Shown here one piece after another: positions 14,319-27,572 of a stretch of 64,000 nucleotides of DNA. Numbering within the stretch: position 1 is the first letter of the stretch; every line of letters starts with the position of its first letter. Source of the DNA: Camelus dromedarius (taxonomy: Eukaryota); assembly GCF_036321535.1 (NCBI RefSeq), contig NC_087437.1:55988001-56052000 (forward strand), given 5' to 3'. Below the pieces are notes generated by a model that saw only the letters and a program-made list of their open reading frames with translations, was not told where the DNA came from and made no database searches. The translations under genes were made by a program, and so were the position numbers.

Positions 14319-15269
14319 TTAAATCATCCTGTGACCAAAGGGGAAGAAAGAAAGCATAATAAGAAACTGGTATATGTTATCAATAAAAATAAACTGCAAA
14401 GTTTTTCTTGGGGGGAAAAAACCGAGTTCAATTACGTAAGAATCAAGGAATTATAGACAAGAATTACAAACCCTATGGTTTCAGCAATTTACAAAAGATT
14501 GCAGAAGCGCATCTAGCCTGAAATTCCATGTTTTTGTTTATGTTCTCAAGCAGAAGGGAGTAATACTCATATGCTATCACTCAAGATGAAGAGATTTTCC
14601 CCTTTCCAACAGTTTTGTTCTTTCACAGTCAAACATGAGATAAACAGAAATTTGCATACAACAGTTCCCTTGGCAACCAGGGAAGCTCATATTTTCTGCT
14701 TTTGGATATGTATTTAATTTCCTAACTTAGTTCTGCCTGCAATTTTTAGCTCATGGTATGAAATACCTTTAAAAGCAATATTCAAACTGAACACAATGTT
14801 CTGAAAAGATTTAATGTTGTTCCCTATCAAGTGGCCACATAAGACCTGGCACAGATGTAAAGACATGTCAAGGAATTGACATAGATCTCTATGTACTAAT
14901 GTTGTGCAGAGGGCTGATTAAAGAGGTAGCTGATACATCTAATCACGTGTCAATAACAATTCCTCATAATATCAATCAAAAGTCAGATTTAGTAATGCTG
15001 GAGACACTCAAGAACAGTGACAGCCAGACTTGCATCTTCCATGGTGGTGTTCCCTCTAGCTGTATTAGGTACAGCCTTTCAGTAGTATAACTTGAACAAT
15101 GTTTTGCCTTGGAATTTGGACGTTACGTTTCATAATAAACATGAGAATTCAGCAGTTTCTACAGGATTCAGGTACAAATAAAGTGTAGGGAAATAGCTAA
15201 ATATTTTCCAGGTGATCCCATTCACTAATATAAAATATCTGCAAAAAAAAAAATGAAGCTAAACTCAAA

Positions 15270-15560
15270 GCTGCATAGCTTCATACTGTTTGATTTCATT
15301 TATAGACATTCTTGAATTGGGAAAACTTGAGGAACAAAGAAGAGATAAATGGTTGTCAGGGACTGGGGGCAAAGGAGGGGTTGACCGTAAAAGGGCAGTA
15401 TGAGGAAATGTTGGGGGGTGATGGGACTGCTCTGTATCTTAATTTTGGTGGTAGTCGTTACCAGGCTCCACGGGCTTGTCAAAAGTAATGGTCCATGTAG
15501 TGTCAAAAGTATACTCTAAGTGTGAATTTTACTTTATGGAAATGAAAATGAAATACATTT
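15270..15560 (+). mobile_element. L1M (L1MC/L1ME-type) 3' end
   Basis: gatttcatttatagacattct...tggttgtcagggactgggg...ggggtgatgggactgctctgtatctt...gtgaattttact. Confidence 0.75.
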
Positions 15561-15664
15561 TAAATATTTGAAAATATCTGGCTAAATGACTATTTCTTTT
15601 CCCTTCTCCTTCTTTTTTTTTTTTTTTTTTTTTTTTCCCTTTGGTTTCTAATTTGCTTCTTTAG

Positions 15665-15880
15665 CCAGTAGGAACACTTGGCAAAACAAAGGACATGGCA
15701 TCAGAAGACCAGCATTTCAGCTTTGCCTCCTGTGCTATTGGTTGCATGACTTTAGGAAAAAGTTTTCACTTCTCTGGTTCATTGTATATAAAATAGGAAG
15801 GGGAAGCATTGATATCTCACCCATCCCATTGTATCTAGGAACTGAGTGAGCTAGTCTCCATAATATCCTATTATTGTTAT
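15665..15880 (+). mobile_element. MIR SINE
   Basis: ggcatcagaagacc...gcatgactttagg...cacttctctg. Confidence 0.5.
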
Positions 15881-16934
15881 CACACTTTATATGAATATAA
15901 AGCTTACTAAAGAGATATACAAAGTTTTAACTCACTAGAGATTAGTGAGTCTTAAATCCTTAAATAAGTTATTATCTGTTGTGAACCCTTGATTCCATTT
16001 GGGGGGACATCCTCTTTGTCATTCCCTTTGACCCACCAGCTATGATCTATATATCGATTCTCAGCCACTCATCAGGGCTCCTATGGGTTTCCCTTCTACT
16101 TCTGCTATTTTGTAGATACTGTTAATATGCCCTTTGCCTTAATTTACACTAAAAGGCAGCAGGGTGGGAGTGTTATGCTATTGATAACTTAAAGTTCTTC
16201 CCATTTAAACAAAAAACAAATGACTGAAAACCATCTGTTGAGCTTGAAGGGGTTTGGGGGATTTGAAGCAAACCCAGATCTCATGTTGGAACGTCTTACT
16301 GGGCTTTTCCCTTAACATGTGCTGCTAATTAGCAGTGAGATCTGGATTCAGGGCAGGGAACGAGAGGTGTAAGCAGATTACATGCCCAAGTGTTAAGGAG
16401 TTTAGTTTAAATCATACACGGTAAACTGCAGTGAAGAGTCTCTCACAACCATATACCAGTTGGATGAGTATTTCCTATTGATAATTTTATTCTATTACAA
16501 TCACTGTCTACTGGTCTACTTCTGTATCATTTGGCTTCCCGTTTTTCCACATTCAGAATTAAATTTACTTCTGAAAGTCCTAGTTACCACCCCTACCTGC
16601 TTCTTATCTCTGTTCTTCTCCAACATGAAGAGGCAGTTTCTTTTTCACCACATGACTCTCCTTTTTCTTCCAAATGCTTTCTCGCTTTTTATTTCATCTC
16701 TGATTTTTCATTTGAGAAGTTTGCTCTCAACTAAGGATGCATCCTTCTTAGATGTCCCCAAACAAATAGTAAATAATGAACACATATACACTACACCTAT
16801 GTATATATATATTTGAATAAATAAAGCACTAGCGAAATCCCATCAGAACAAACTCCAAGGCAGTGATTCAGTTATTCTGCACTTTGGAATTGTGTTGAAA
16901 TGATTATTCTTTAATGACGAATGTCATTTAAAGT

Positions 16935-17140
16935 GGTATATCACTTTATAGTTGACAAGCTGCATCCTACACATACAATTACGTCATGCTTACCATAATC
17001 TTGTGAGGTCATTCTTTTTTATCTCCATCTTTAAAGCAGTAACATGGAGTCTTAGAAAGAATATGACTTATGATTGCAGGGAGACAACGCAGGGAACTCA
17101 ACTCATAATCTAATGTCAAATCACATTCATTTCCATTCTT
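16935..17140 (-). mobile_element. MIR SINE fragment
   Basis: cttaccataatcttgtgagg...tatctccatctt...ggagtcttaga. Confidence 0.5.
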
Positions 17141-19574
17141 CCTATTTCTTCCTCAGTTTCACTCACTCAACCTACCACTCACCTTGGATCAAAGAAAGCA
17201 AAATTAGTTCTTCCAAGTTCCCTTGGTAGAATCCATCACAGATCAGGGACAACCCCTGCTCTGCCCCCGTTAGAACATAGACCAGGCAGTGGTCACGGCG
17301 TGTTAGATACTTGCATTGATTCATTTAAAAACAAAAGGCTCCAAAAACATTAAAAATCTACAAACTGGATGATCATTCTTTGAAAAACCAAGTTGTCAAC
17401 ATTTGCAAGATAGGAAGGATGTATTTCCTTGGTAGTGAAATAAAATTTTCACAAAAAATGTATCCTAGATTGGCAGATGCAGAAGCACAAATAATTTAAG
17501 GCAATAGTAATAATCTCTGTGTTGCTTATCTTTTATTATTTATTCTAGCCTGTCACATAACCCATCTCATTTGACTCTCAGGAGGGAAAGGAAAGTCTGC
17601 CCATTTTAAAAATAGACATTGTAGTTGAATAATTTCTCTGAAGTCTGACTGGTGGAAAGCAAAAATTAAAGACTATAATTTATGTCTTTCCACTCCAATT
17701 CTAGGATTCTTCCACCAAACATACTGTCTTCCCTAAAAGAAGCAGCAAATTAATCAGCATTAGTGATTCTTAATATTATTGAATTATTACTTTTAGAATC
17801 TAGGGTAAATTTAAATTTTTCCCCAGGAAGATGCTCATACAGACACAGGTTTTCATCCAATTATATGGGTTTCATAGACTCCTGAACCCCAACAAACGTG
17901 TGGAGTCCAAGGAAGAATCAGTGCTCTGGGTAGAATCTACAGAAAATAATAAAATACTGTGATCTAAGATTTTAGTAAATGGACAGTTTTTTACAGTCAG
18001 TACTTTTCCTCAGTCTCAGTAACCCAGTCTTCCACACCTGTGCATCCTATTTGCATGATACTGCTTTCTTCATAACAGTTATTAATCAGTATGCTTTTTA
18101 AGGTTATTTTAAATCACTGACACACATCAGTCTTGAAATATGAATGTTGATTCTATGGTAAGGCATTTTGATAAAATCAAATCATAAGAAATTTAACTAT
18201 GGATGCTGTGTCTAATTCTTTTTTTTTTCTTTTTGCTTTTCTTTTAGTGTTACATATTGCAGGCATGCAATGTTTATTAAATGAAATTATAATTTAAAAA
18301 AAAAGACAACGGATTATTCCCATAGCAGTGAATAAGTAGAGGCAGTGAGCTTCTGCCCAAGGGACCAGCGCATCAATGTGATAAGGCTGGTCCTTGCCAC
18401 AAGTTCCCTTTCTTTCCCTCCCCTGATTGCAATCTAGTGACATTCAAATACTCCAAAAAAATCCTCTTGACTTTTGTTTATGTACTCCACCCTGACTCCT
18501 AGTAAAGACACTTGCCCTGGGGTCCTCACTCCCTCTCTCTGCTCCCCCAACTACTTGGTCATGCTGGCCCCCTTGACGCTCCCACTACATGACCCCTTCA
18601 TGCCTTGCAGGGACTCTCTAGAAACTGTGAATATAAGAAACTTTGTTTTCCTGAGCCTTTCCCTTGTCCCCTCTGGTGACCACGCCTGTCTAACTATCCA
18701 TCCCATGAAAGAATGCAAAACATGCTCAAACAGTTCCACAAAATGCTCATCCACTGCACCTAATGACACAGCAAGTCGAGATCTGGCACTAACATGGACT
18801 CCTGACTGGTCCCAAGCCTCCCGGAGCCTGTGAGTGAGTAACGAGGTAAGACACACAGAACCTGTTGGCACGCGAGCTGCTGAGGTCTCTCCCACTCCCT
18901 GAGCATCCACTCCACCTCCAAACCCTAAAAGCAGCCCTACGTTATCTCAAGCACCTCCGGTCTCCTCCTAGATAGAAATCTAGAAATCCCAATATGAATA
19001 AGAAAAAGTCACTCGAGAATGGAAAAAAAAATGTAAAAGAGACAAGCCGGAGTCAAAGAAAAAAAAAAGTTATCTAAAATAAAAGCTAAATATTTTTCAG
19101 TTCACATTTCATTGAAAACTCCAGGGACGGAATAGGGATAGAAAATGGCACTGTAGCCTGGAGAAAGTCATTCCTGGAGGATGCATTAATCACGGAAGCC
19201 AGAGATGGAAATGACTGCATAAGCCATTTATTTCTTCCTCAAGACAAGCCAGAAAGATACCTTATAGTTTCCTTCCCAATATATACAGTATTTATCATGC
19301 CCTGAGTAGAACCATATGCCACAATAATTCACATTTTATAGACAAGACAGAGGTTAAAAGTTTGAAGAATAAACTAGACTTAGTATGCTTCATTAGAATC
19401 TATTTTTTTTTAATTTAACAATTAAGCATTAAGGAAGGAAAATTTATGGGACATACGAGGGTTGAGTTTTCCACTAATAGTAAGGTCCCTGAGACCCCTT
19501 CAAACATCACTGCCAGTTGCAGTTAAAAGGCAACTCACAGTTAAATGAAAGAACATACTAAGTTTTTAGTAAGA

Positions 19575-19900
19575 GTGAGTCTGTGCATTGGTAGAATGTT
19601 TCACAGTTTGCAAAATGTAATGCATCTCATTTTGATATCATAACTTTATAAGATGTAGCATGTATTATCCTCACTTCCTCACTCACAGATGCAGAAACAG
19701 GTCCTTAGAGAGACTAGATTACTAGTTTAAAGTCTTATAGATTGTTAGTGGCAAAACTGTTGGATCATTCATTCCTTTTTAAAACGTGTTAAGTTTGCAG
19801 TTCACACTAAGAACTCTACCGGGAACCAGGGACACAGAAATGAGGAAAACAGTCTTTGCTTTCCAGGAGTCCCAAATCTGCCAAGAAGCCTACAAGAAAC
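19575..19900 (-). mobile_element. MIR fragment followed by an L2 3' fragment
   Basis: atctcattttgat...cacagatgcagaaacagg (MIR), then cattcattc...ggacacagaaatgaggaaaacagtctttgctttccaggag (L2). Confidence 0.5.
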
Positions 19901-22188
19901 ATACAGAAGACTCTAAAGACAGACTATAGTAAATCCCCAAGAAGGCTTCCAAAATAGCATGGGGACTCACGGGACAGAGGAATCAATACGAGAGATTATT
20001 TAAGTTGATTTTCTACTGAGAATAAATTTGTTAAGGGTAGAAAATAAGACTTATTCATTCTTGTTTACCCACAGAGCCTAGAACATCTTGTAAGTGTTGG
20101 ATGGATGGAATAAATAAAATGAATGCACTGAGTTGTCTGTTCCCTGTATTCCTTTATATAATACAGCTAAAATGATTACTAGACACTCCAGGATTAAGGA
20201 ACAGAACCAAAACATACTGGAATGAGAACAGTAAGTCTGGTTGCCGTGAGATATTTCTTAAAAGTATATTCAGCCTTTTAATCCTTTGCCATGTAATGAT
20301 TCAGCATTTGTGTCATCAACGCCCACAGTAACTGCCACCGCAGAAATTTGTCTTACACTTTATCAAAAGACATGCAGGAGACCACCAGGACATCTGCACA
20401 TCTGGCAGCATAGGTTCTAGGAGAGATTGGAAGGATCTGGATTGGGAACAGAACATTTAAATCGTTTTTATAGGATCTATAAAATGATTGGGTCTACAAA
20501 TGATTAGGTTGCTTCTTTAGTCCACAAACCTGTACTCAAAAAAAAAAGGGTTACTTCAGGCTTCTAAGAGAGAGTGCCAACTAACGGTTAGTGAATCTGT
20601 AGCTTGCAAAGATTTGCACTTCATCAAAGTCAAGACTTACAACATGGATCTTTACATAAGACATGGACCATCTTTACATAAGACATGAATCTGATCTGAA
20701 TGGTCATCTGGGACAACTGATGTATGGACTAATAAAAAAATTATATCCATCCCCTATGAAGGGGAATGGATTTTATCTTTATATTCATGAATATGCAAAA
20801 TAGCTTTTTTTTTTTTTTGAGGAATGGTGATGGTTTTGACTTAAGTCATGCATATCTTTTAGTTTGTTGGCCTCACACAAAGTGGCCCTGACTCAGAGCA
20901 AACTGAATTATTATCTGGAAAACGATTGGCCTTGCAGACAGATTGGATATACTTCTATCATACTATATACAAAAACTGAGTTAAATGACATGAGATCCTT
21001 TCAACAAATATTTACTGAGCATCTACAACACAGCTAGTATGTAATAGTCATCAAGTTCCATTTGGTGACTCGGGTGACCTATAGGTAAGCAGAAAAATCT
21101 GTGCTCAACACAAATTTTTCATTTATTATTTTCATATCCTTTTCCCTTTACGCTTATTAAGAGTGCATTTTCACCAAGAGGGTGGGATTAAAGAGAAGAA
21201 AACTCTACTGCCTACTCAGCAAAATGTTTAACTTCTCAGTCCAATAAGGGGTCCTGAGAGGTTCACAGCTGGCTTCTACTTAGTGCAATTACAAAATAAA
21301 AACCCAGCACTTTTGTCAGAGCCTGCTTAAAAGTTTCCATGCCTGACTTGCAAATGCTCAAAGGAAGTAATAGCTATTGTGCAACCTGAAAGGCCCCAAA
21401 GACCCAGGTCACTAGCTCAGCATCTGGTCTGGTCACTGTTTACCCATCATTAACATTTTAAAACTTCAATTAAGTAATTTCTCCCAATTGCTTTTGTATG
21501 GCTTTATAGGTCCCCAAGGACAGAGAGAGAGACAATCTGCCTTTATTAGTCATAAGGACAATTTTGAATTGTTAAGTGGAAAGCAATACCGTAGACAGAA
21601 CGTAAAAATTCATGGTCATGGGCAGTTCAACTTTTTAAAATTTCTCAACTTACAAGAAAGTAATCATTTCGTAATTAGTTTCATAAGTTTCTTACCTAAC
21701 TTTTCACAATTTAGGATCAGAGACATACAACAAAACATATTCCTCCAAGGGAAATAGCTTAATGATTAAAGTCTCTAAGTGCCACGATGTCACCTGGCAA
21801 TTAGCTGCTTTACATACCCTACACTGGCCCCCTTTGTTGAATGCAAGGGTAGGAGAGTAGGGAGAGCAGAAGGAAGAACTGTATTTATTTTGCTGAAGAC
21901 CTCTCTGGAGTAGGCTCCCCTGATGTGTCACTAACCTAATACACATGCATAGGAATCTCAGATTGTACACTGTGTTCGGGGCTGGGGCTCACTGGGTATT
22001 TGATGCTTTAAATAAAGGAAAAGATCTAGTTCATAAAGTTTGTTGCAAGTGTCCATGAAATTGCAGTGTAGCCAGCAGAAAGAGTATACTATTAGGCACT
22101 AGATAATGTGGTTTGAGAAAAATTTGACTTGTTTACTCTGTGTATCCTTGATTAGGACATCCTATGAATGTCACTGTTTTCAAAATAA

Positions 22189-22219
<31 letters not shown>

Positions 22220-22884
22220 AAATGTATATATAAATATATAATATATATTTATAAGTATCCTGGCCATCTGTCTCACAGGAGTATTGTGGGATACATCAAA
22301 GTATAACAAAGCAGATTACAAACTCTAAAGCTATGGAACAATGTAAGAGATTATTGTATTTGTGAGAAATAATTCTAAAAATTGATACAGCATCTTCCTT
22401 CAGAACACCCTATGAATAAAAATATCGTATTTTTTTATTTCACATCATTTCCAGCCCCACACTGAAACTTCTGGCCTGAATTCAAAGGAATGGTTTCTAT
22501 TTGACACTGGCGTAGTTACTGTTACCTTTTAAGGGTAAGCGGGATTCCAGCATGCTGACTGTTCTCAATAACAAGAGGCAGCGAAAATGTGTCCCCAGAG
22601 CCCCACATTCTGGAGCAAACTGGTGAGCCCTTATGTTTGCTTTTCGCTGAACATTTTGGTAGAAAGCCGTAGTAGGAAAGAAAGGTGATCAATTCAAAGA
22701 CTGAAAATGAAGGCAGGTAGAGATTTTCACTTGAAGTGTAACCACTAGAGATGAGTGTTATATAATCTTCAGAAATAAAACAGAGCCAGACACATAGCCC
22801 ATTGGTAAAGGACTGTGAGAGAGTAAATGTAAGAAAGCACTTGGAAATACATATGGAATGAAACAGAATTCCAAAAGCACTTTT

Positions 22885-23012
22885 ACACCATAGTGGTAAA
22901 GAATATGAAAAAGAATATGTATATATATATGTATAATTGAATCACTTCACTGTACACCAGAAACTAACACAACATGGTAAATCAATTAGACTTCAATAAA
23001 AAATAAATAAAT
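22885..23012 (+). mobile_element. Artiodactyl-type L1 extreme 3' end, 5'-truncated
   Basis: gaatatgtatatatatatgtataattgaatcacttcactgtacaccagaaactaacacaac...caataaaaaataaataa; candidate TSD aaaagcactttt (22873-22884) / aaaatcaccttt (23013-23024). Confidence 0.8.
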
Positions 23013-24289
23013 AAAATCACCTTTGAAATATCACTATTATAAAAGAATAGAAGGGTGTATATGTGTATGTGTGTGTGTGTGTAAATGTGTGTTGGAAGAT
23101 GGAGTTTTACATTGATCACGTTTCTGGTTAACTATAGTAAGATCTCATATGAGGCTTATCATATGCTTTCATGGAAATGCAGGCAGTTTTCACCCTCTGA
23201 GAACCAGAGGAATCAATCAAAAGTGAGGAACCAGTGTCTGTAACATCCAGGAGGCCATGTAGGTCCCATGGACAAACGGAGATGATGAGGCCACACGGTG
23301 ATGAGTGGAAAGAGTGCTGGTCTGCTGTGGGTAATTCACAGCTTTCAGCAACTTTTCATTCTCCTCTAACTAGTACTTTACGCTGGTGGAAGGGAGAATG
23401 GCAGAACGCAAGTAGCCTAGCAGAGCTTGGCGCGACTGCATTATGTAGGAATTGATCTTTATTAGGAGAATCTTCTACCCTGTCGAGCCCTTGTACTGTT
23501 CTTGCCATCAGCCGAGTGCTTATACATCATAATTAGGAACGATAACGAGAGATGATGACGATCAGTCCCAAGCCATGTTCCACATACCCTCGGCAATGCC
23601 CCCCGAGCTCCCTGGAGGGGGCGGGAGTCACAGAGCGAGCCAGCGTCTGGGCTGAAAGGAAGCCCAGAGACCACCCCTCTGATCTTCTGAAGGGGCCACT
23701 AGAGATCAGGGGTAGATGGGGTGAGGGTGGAAGGTTTACATAAGGGTCCTGAGGATCGAAGCAGAATCAGAGCTAAAATCCAGGTTTTCTGACCTTCAGT
23801 AAACGATTCTTTCCACTGTACTCAAGGTCTCCCTTTTAGTTTTCCAGGAACAGCAGGCAGAGGAAGGAGATAAGGAAATCTAATTAATTCGACTGCTAAG
23901 TCAGCAAGTTCATTTTGGATGGAAAAGGAAAAAACAAAAAACAAAAACAAAATAAGCCCTGGGGTTAAGAAACCCTAGCTTTGAATCTCAGTTTCATCAA
24001 TTACTGGACAAAATACTTAGCCTCTATGAGTCTTACTTGCTGATTTAAAGTTTAGGAGATAATATATGCTTAGATCCTGTCCCTAGTTTCTAGAACAATA
24101 TTTTACATTAGTAAATACTCAGTAAGTGGTTGTACCTGAGGAAGGCATGATGCCTTAAAACACATCTCTGGCTTTATAAATACTCTAATCAGTTTTCTCC
24201 TGTCAATCTACATCCACAGTGCCCCTGGACTGCCAAGGCTCTGCGGGAACCCTTTCAGGGATGAGGAGCATTTGGGGTTAGATTTGACT

Positions 24290-24460
24290 ATGCTGCACTG
24301 TAACTCTATTAAAATCCTCCCATTTGTACTGGTTCTGACTTTCCCAGCTATTTCTAAGAAGTCCCACCTTATTTCTTCCTTACAGTCATTCTGAAACTTG
24401 AACAAAACTCTCAAATTCCCTTGTTATCTTTCCTCCAAGTTGAAGTTCCCCATTCCTTAG
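24290..24460 (-). mobile_element. L3/CR1 fragment
   Basis: ctggttctgac...cagtcattctgaaacttgaac...ctttcctccaagttgaagttcccc resembles antisense L3. Confidence 0.4.
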
Positions 24461-26309
24461 AGCTAAACGAATGTACTGTCTTTTTTCATTGGCAACTATT
24501 CTGACCTGTGTTTTGTGGACACTGTAGGACAGGACATGCTACTGATAACACGAAGCCACTTCAGGAGCTCATCTAACCTCAGGAGACTTGGAGGGCTACA
24601 ATTTTTCATCCTGCCCAAAGGTGATCCAAAAATTTATATAAATAAACTGCTGCCAGTTGGACCTCCATTTGCAGCGTTCCTCTCATTTACTATTTTAGGT
24701 TTACAATTGCTAACCACCTTCAGCTAGAGAATCATCCCTTTCATAATTTATGAAGATTAGCAAAGCTGGACTGTGGGTCAAGGTCAATCACTTAAACAGT
24801 AAGCACGTGTAAATAAATAGGAACCACCTGCCTTTATCTACGCTGGAGAAATTTTCCAGAAAGAAATAAAATCCAGTCAATTGAGTCATTTCATAATAAT
24901 ACCGACAGCGTAGGTGGCCTTAGAGCCCTGAAACACAAAAAGAAAATTACATTCTTGCAAGAGCGACTTCATAAAAGCAAATGACATTCGGGGAAACTCT
25001 CCTTCTGAAACTAGAACATACACATCTGCAGAAGAGCGATCACAAATCACAAGTATCTTCTGATAATCGTGAAAAATATAACTGTGCTTGGTATCTGTTG
25101 CCTGCCCTGTTGTACACCCTTCTATGACTTCCAGATTAGGAGTTGGTGAAATTCTGCACAGCACATTTCTAATTCAGAAATTCTTAGAGCAGATGTAATC
25201 ATTAATCCATTACCAGCAACTGCCCTAATGATATCCTGATAATAGACATAAATTCATGCTCCTCTTACAATGTAGACAGTGGAGAAAGTGTAACATATTT
25301 CATAAAATATCTTCATAAAATATTATAAAATACAATATATTCAAACTTTTAAATTATAATCTGCCCATAAAATGGTGCTATGTTTTGAACACACACACAG
25401 TCGAGTAAAAAATGTATCTTAATTTTTTTTTCTCCTAGCGAATCCGCCTTAAAATCGGGTCTTTGTTACTAAAATAGGAGTTTTGGAATGTTATGTGGAT
25501 GAATTCCAGGGAGAAATCAAATCAAAACAACAGAAATATCTCACTTTACAAGCCTTCCAGATAATAATAAACACTTTGCGAAACATATAAAATCAAAGAG
25601 GAAGCTGTTTACATTTAATTTTATTTTTGGTTAGCATTTTGCACATCTGTTCGAGTATATGCAGGCTCAAACAAGTGTTTCTAAAATATAAACAAAACAA
25701 AAGCACAAACAAGGGAATGAATAAGTGTCCAACTCCATTCCCAAGAGATTTTGAAAATCATCAGCCAGTCCTTCTTCAGCATAGTTAGAAGGAGAAATTA
25801 TTCCCCAGATACTCACCACCTTCTCACCACACTTCATAATCCCAACACATGGCATATTAGTTTCGGCTGAACCAGATGCCAAATGGGAGAAACTGTACAG
25901 CACAGAGGAGTCAGCGTGGTGGAATGATACAGAAACTTTCAGCCAAGGCACATTCCTTCGGCTCTCAGTTCCCTTACAGCTGCCACACCGCTTCCTGGAC
26001 CCCATCACACACAACCTACAGTTCTGCCATTTGTCTCCCTGTGGTCCCAACAAGAACTCTAAGAGGCTGACATATTATAGTCCACTCAGGACTGGGGCAT
26101 GAGACACCTCGCCAGGGACACCTGATTAATTCTGCAAAAGCACACATTTATCAACAGACTATATATGTACCACTTCCAAAAACAATATTTATCATCAGGT
26201 AGTTTATAATAAAAAAAATGTATATAACAGGAAAATACAGTGTTAGAAGGAAGGACTGAGAAAAAAATGCAGACAGGAGTGATTAATTGTATCTGGAAAG
26301 TAAGTTGGG

Positions 26310-26870
26310 AATCATCTAGTCATTCCACAAGCATGGAGTCAAGCTCTGTCAAATGTCAGGTAAGGCTCTTGTCACTGTGATTTGGGGGGAAACAAAGGCA
26401 GTCTGTGTTCTCAAAAAGGTGCAGATAAGGTGGAGACAAGAAAAAAGTTAAATCACTAAGATTATTATAGGTAGAGCTTTTCACTATAAAAATGAAACTT
26501 GGATAGTGGAGTGAAGTAATTTGGGGATGAGGGGGCTCCTCTAGCTAGGGTAGCCAGGGAAGTTTCTCTGATGATATAATATTTGAGCTCAGAACTCAAT
26601 AACAAGGCCAAGAGAGGGAGGACTTAGAGGAAGAGATTCAAGGCAAAGAGAAAAGTGCAAAGGCTCTTGGAAGAAGATCTTTGGCATCTTTAAGGAAAAA
26701 TATATATATATATATATTTTTTTAAACCAGCATATATATATACATGCTGGTTTGTCTGGAATCTAATAACATATGGCAGACTGGATAAGCAAGCAAGGCT
26801 CAGATTGTCTAAGACACTGTAGGCCAAGATAAGGGGCTTAGATTTATTTCTAAATGATGAGAAAGTTAAT
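26310..26870 (-). mobile_element. L2 LINE fragment
   Basis: gccagggaagtttctctgatg...tttgagctcaga...gtgcaaaggctct...gtaggccaagataaggggcttagatttatttctaa. Confidence 0.7.
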
Positions 26871-27104
26871 ACAATTGAGGTTTACACTTAGATCTGAGCT
26901 TCCTGGCAGCTAAGTTCTTTACACTTGCTTTTCCTTCAGCAAGGAAGAAAAGAGCTGTCATTGTAAGAGAAGGCATTTGAAAAAAAAAAAAATCAATGAA
27001 AATATTGTTTTTTCCACAAACTTGCCTTCCTGTTTACTAGACTTTATTCTTGCCCATCCCCCTACCCCCAAATTCTTTCATAGATCCTGATTCCAATTAT
27101 AGCT

Positions 27105-27157
27105 GAGAGAAAGAGAGAGACAAACAGAGACAGAGAGAGAGAGACAGAGAGAGAGAA
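27105..27157. repeat. GA/GAGACA-rich simple repeat
   Basis: gagagaaagagagagacaaacagagacagagagagagagacagagagagaga. Confidence 0.85.
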
Positions 27158-27176
27158 TGAAGGCTAATTACGGAAG

Positions 27177-27572
27177 TGTGACGGTCAGTTTTACGGTATC
27201 CTTAGCTAGGCTATAGTCCCCAACCAAACATTGATTTAGATGTTTCTGTCAAAGTATTTTTGTAGACGTGATTAATGTCTATAATCAATCTATTTAAGGA
27301 AAGATTATCCTAGATTTGCTGAGCGGACCTGATTCAATCAGTTGAAAGGACTTAAAATGAAAATTTCTCCTTCCCTAAGTAAAGTTAACTTTCTTCTGCA
27401 GATAGCAGCTTCAGCTCATGACCAAGGACTCAAGTCAGCTCCTCCTGATGGCCTGTCCTGTGGATTGCACACTCACCTAGCTATGCCCCCAATCAGTATT
27501 AAGCCATTTCCTTACAGTCAATCTCTTAATATGTATCTGGTTTTATTTTTCTGGTTGAACCTGACTGATACC
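27177..27572 (+). mobile_element. ERVL solo LTR (MLT2 family, MLT2D/E-like)
   Basis: tgtgacggtcagttttacg...gctaggctatagtcccc...tcaatcagttgaaagg...ggttgaacctgactgatac. Confidence 0.8.

Noticed and set aside
14899..15090. Protein-like ORF after a possible acceptor
   Set aside because: Weak pyrimidine tract and donor; peptide not recognised
24142..24156. Palindrome aaggcat-g-atgcctt
   Set aside because: 7-bp arms are expected by chance at this window size
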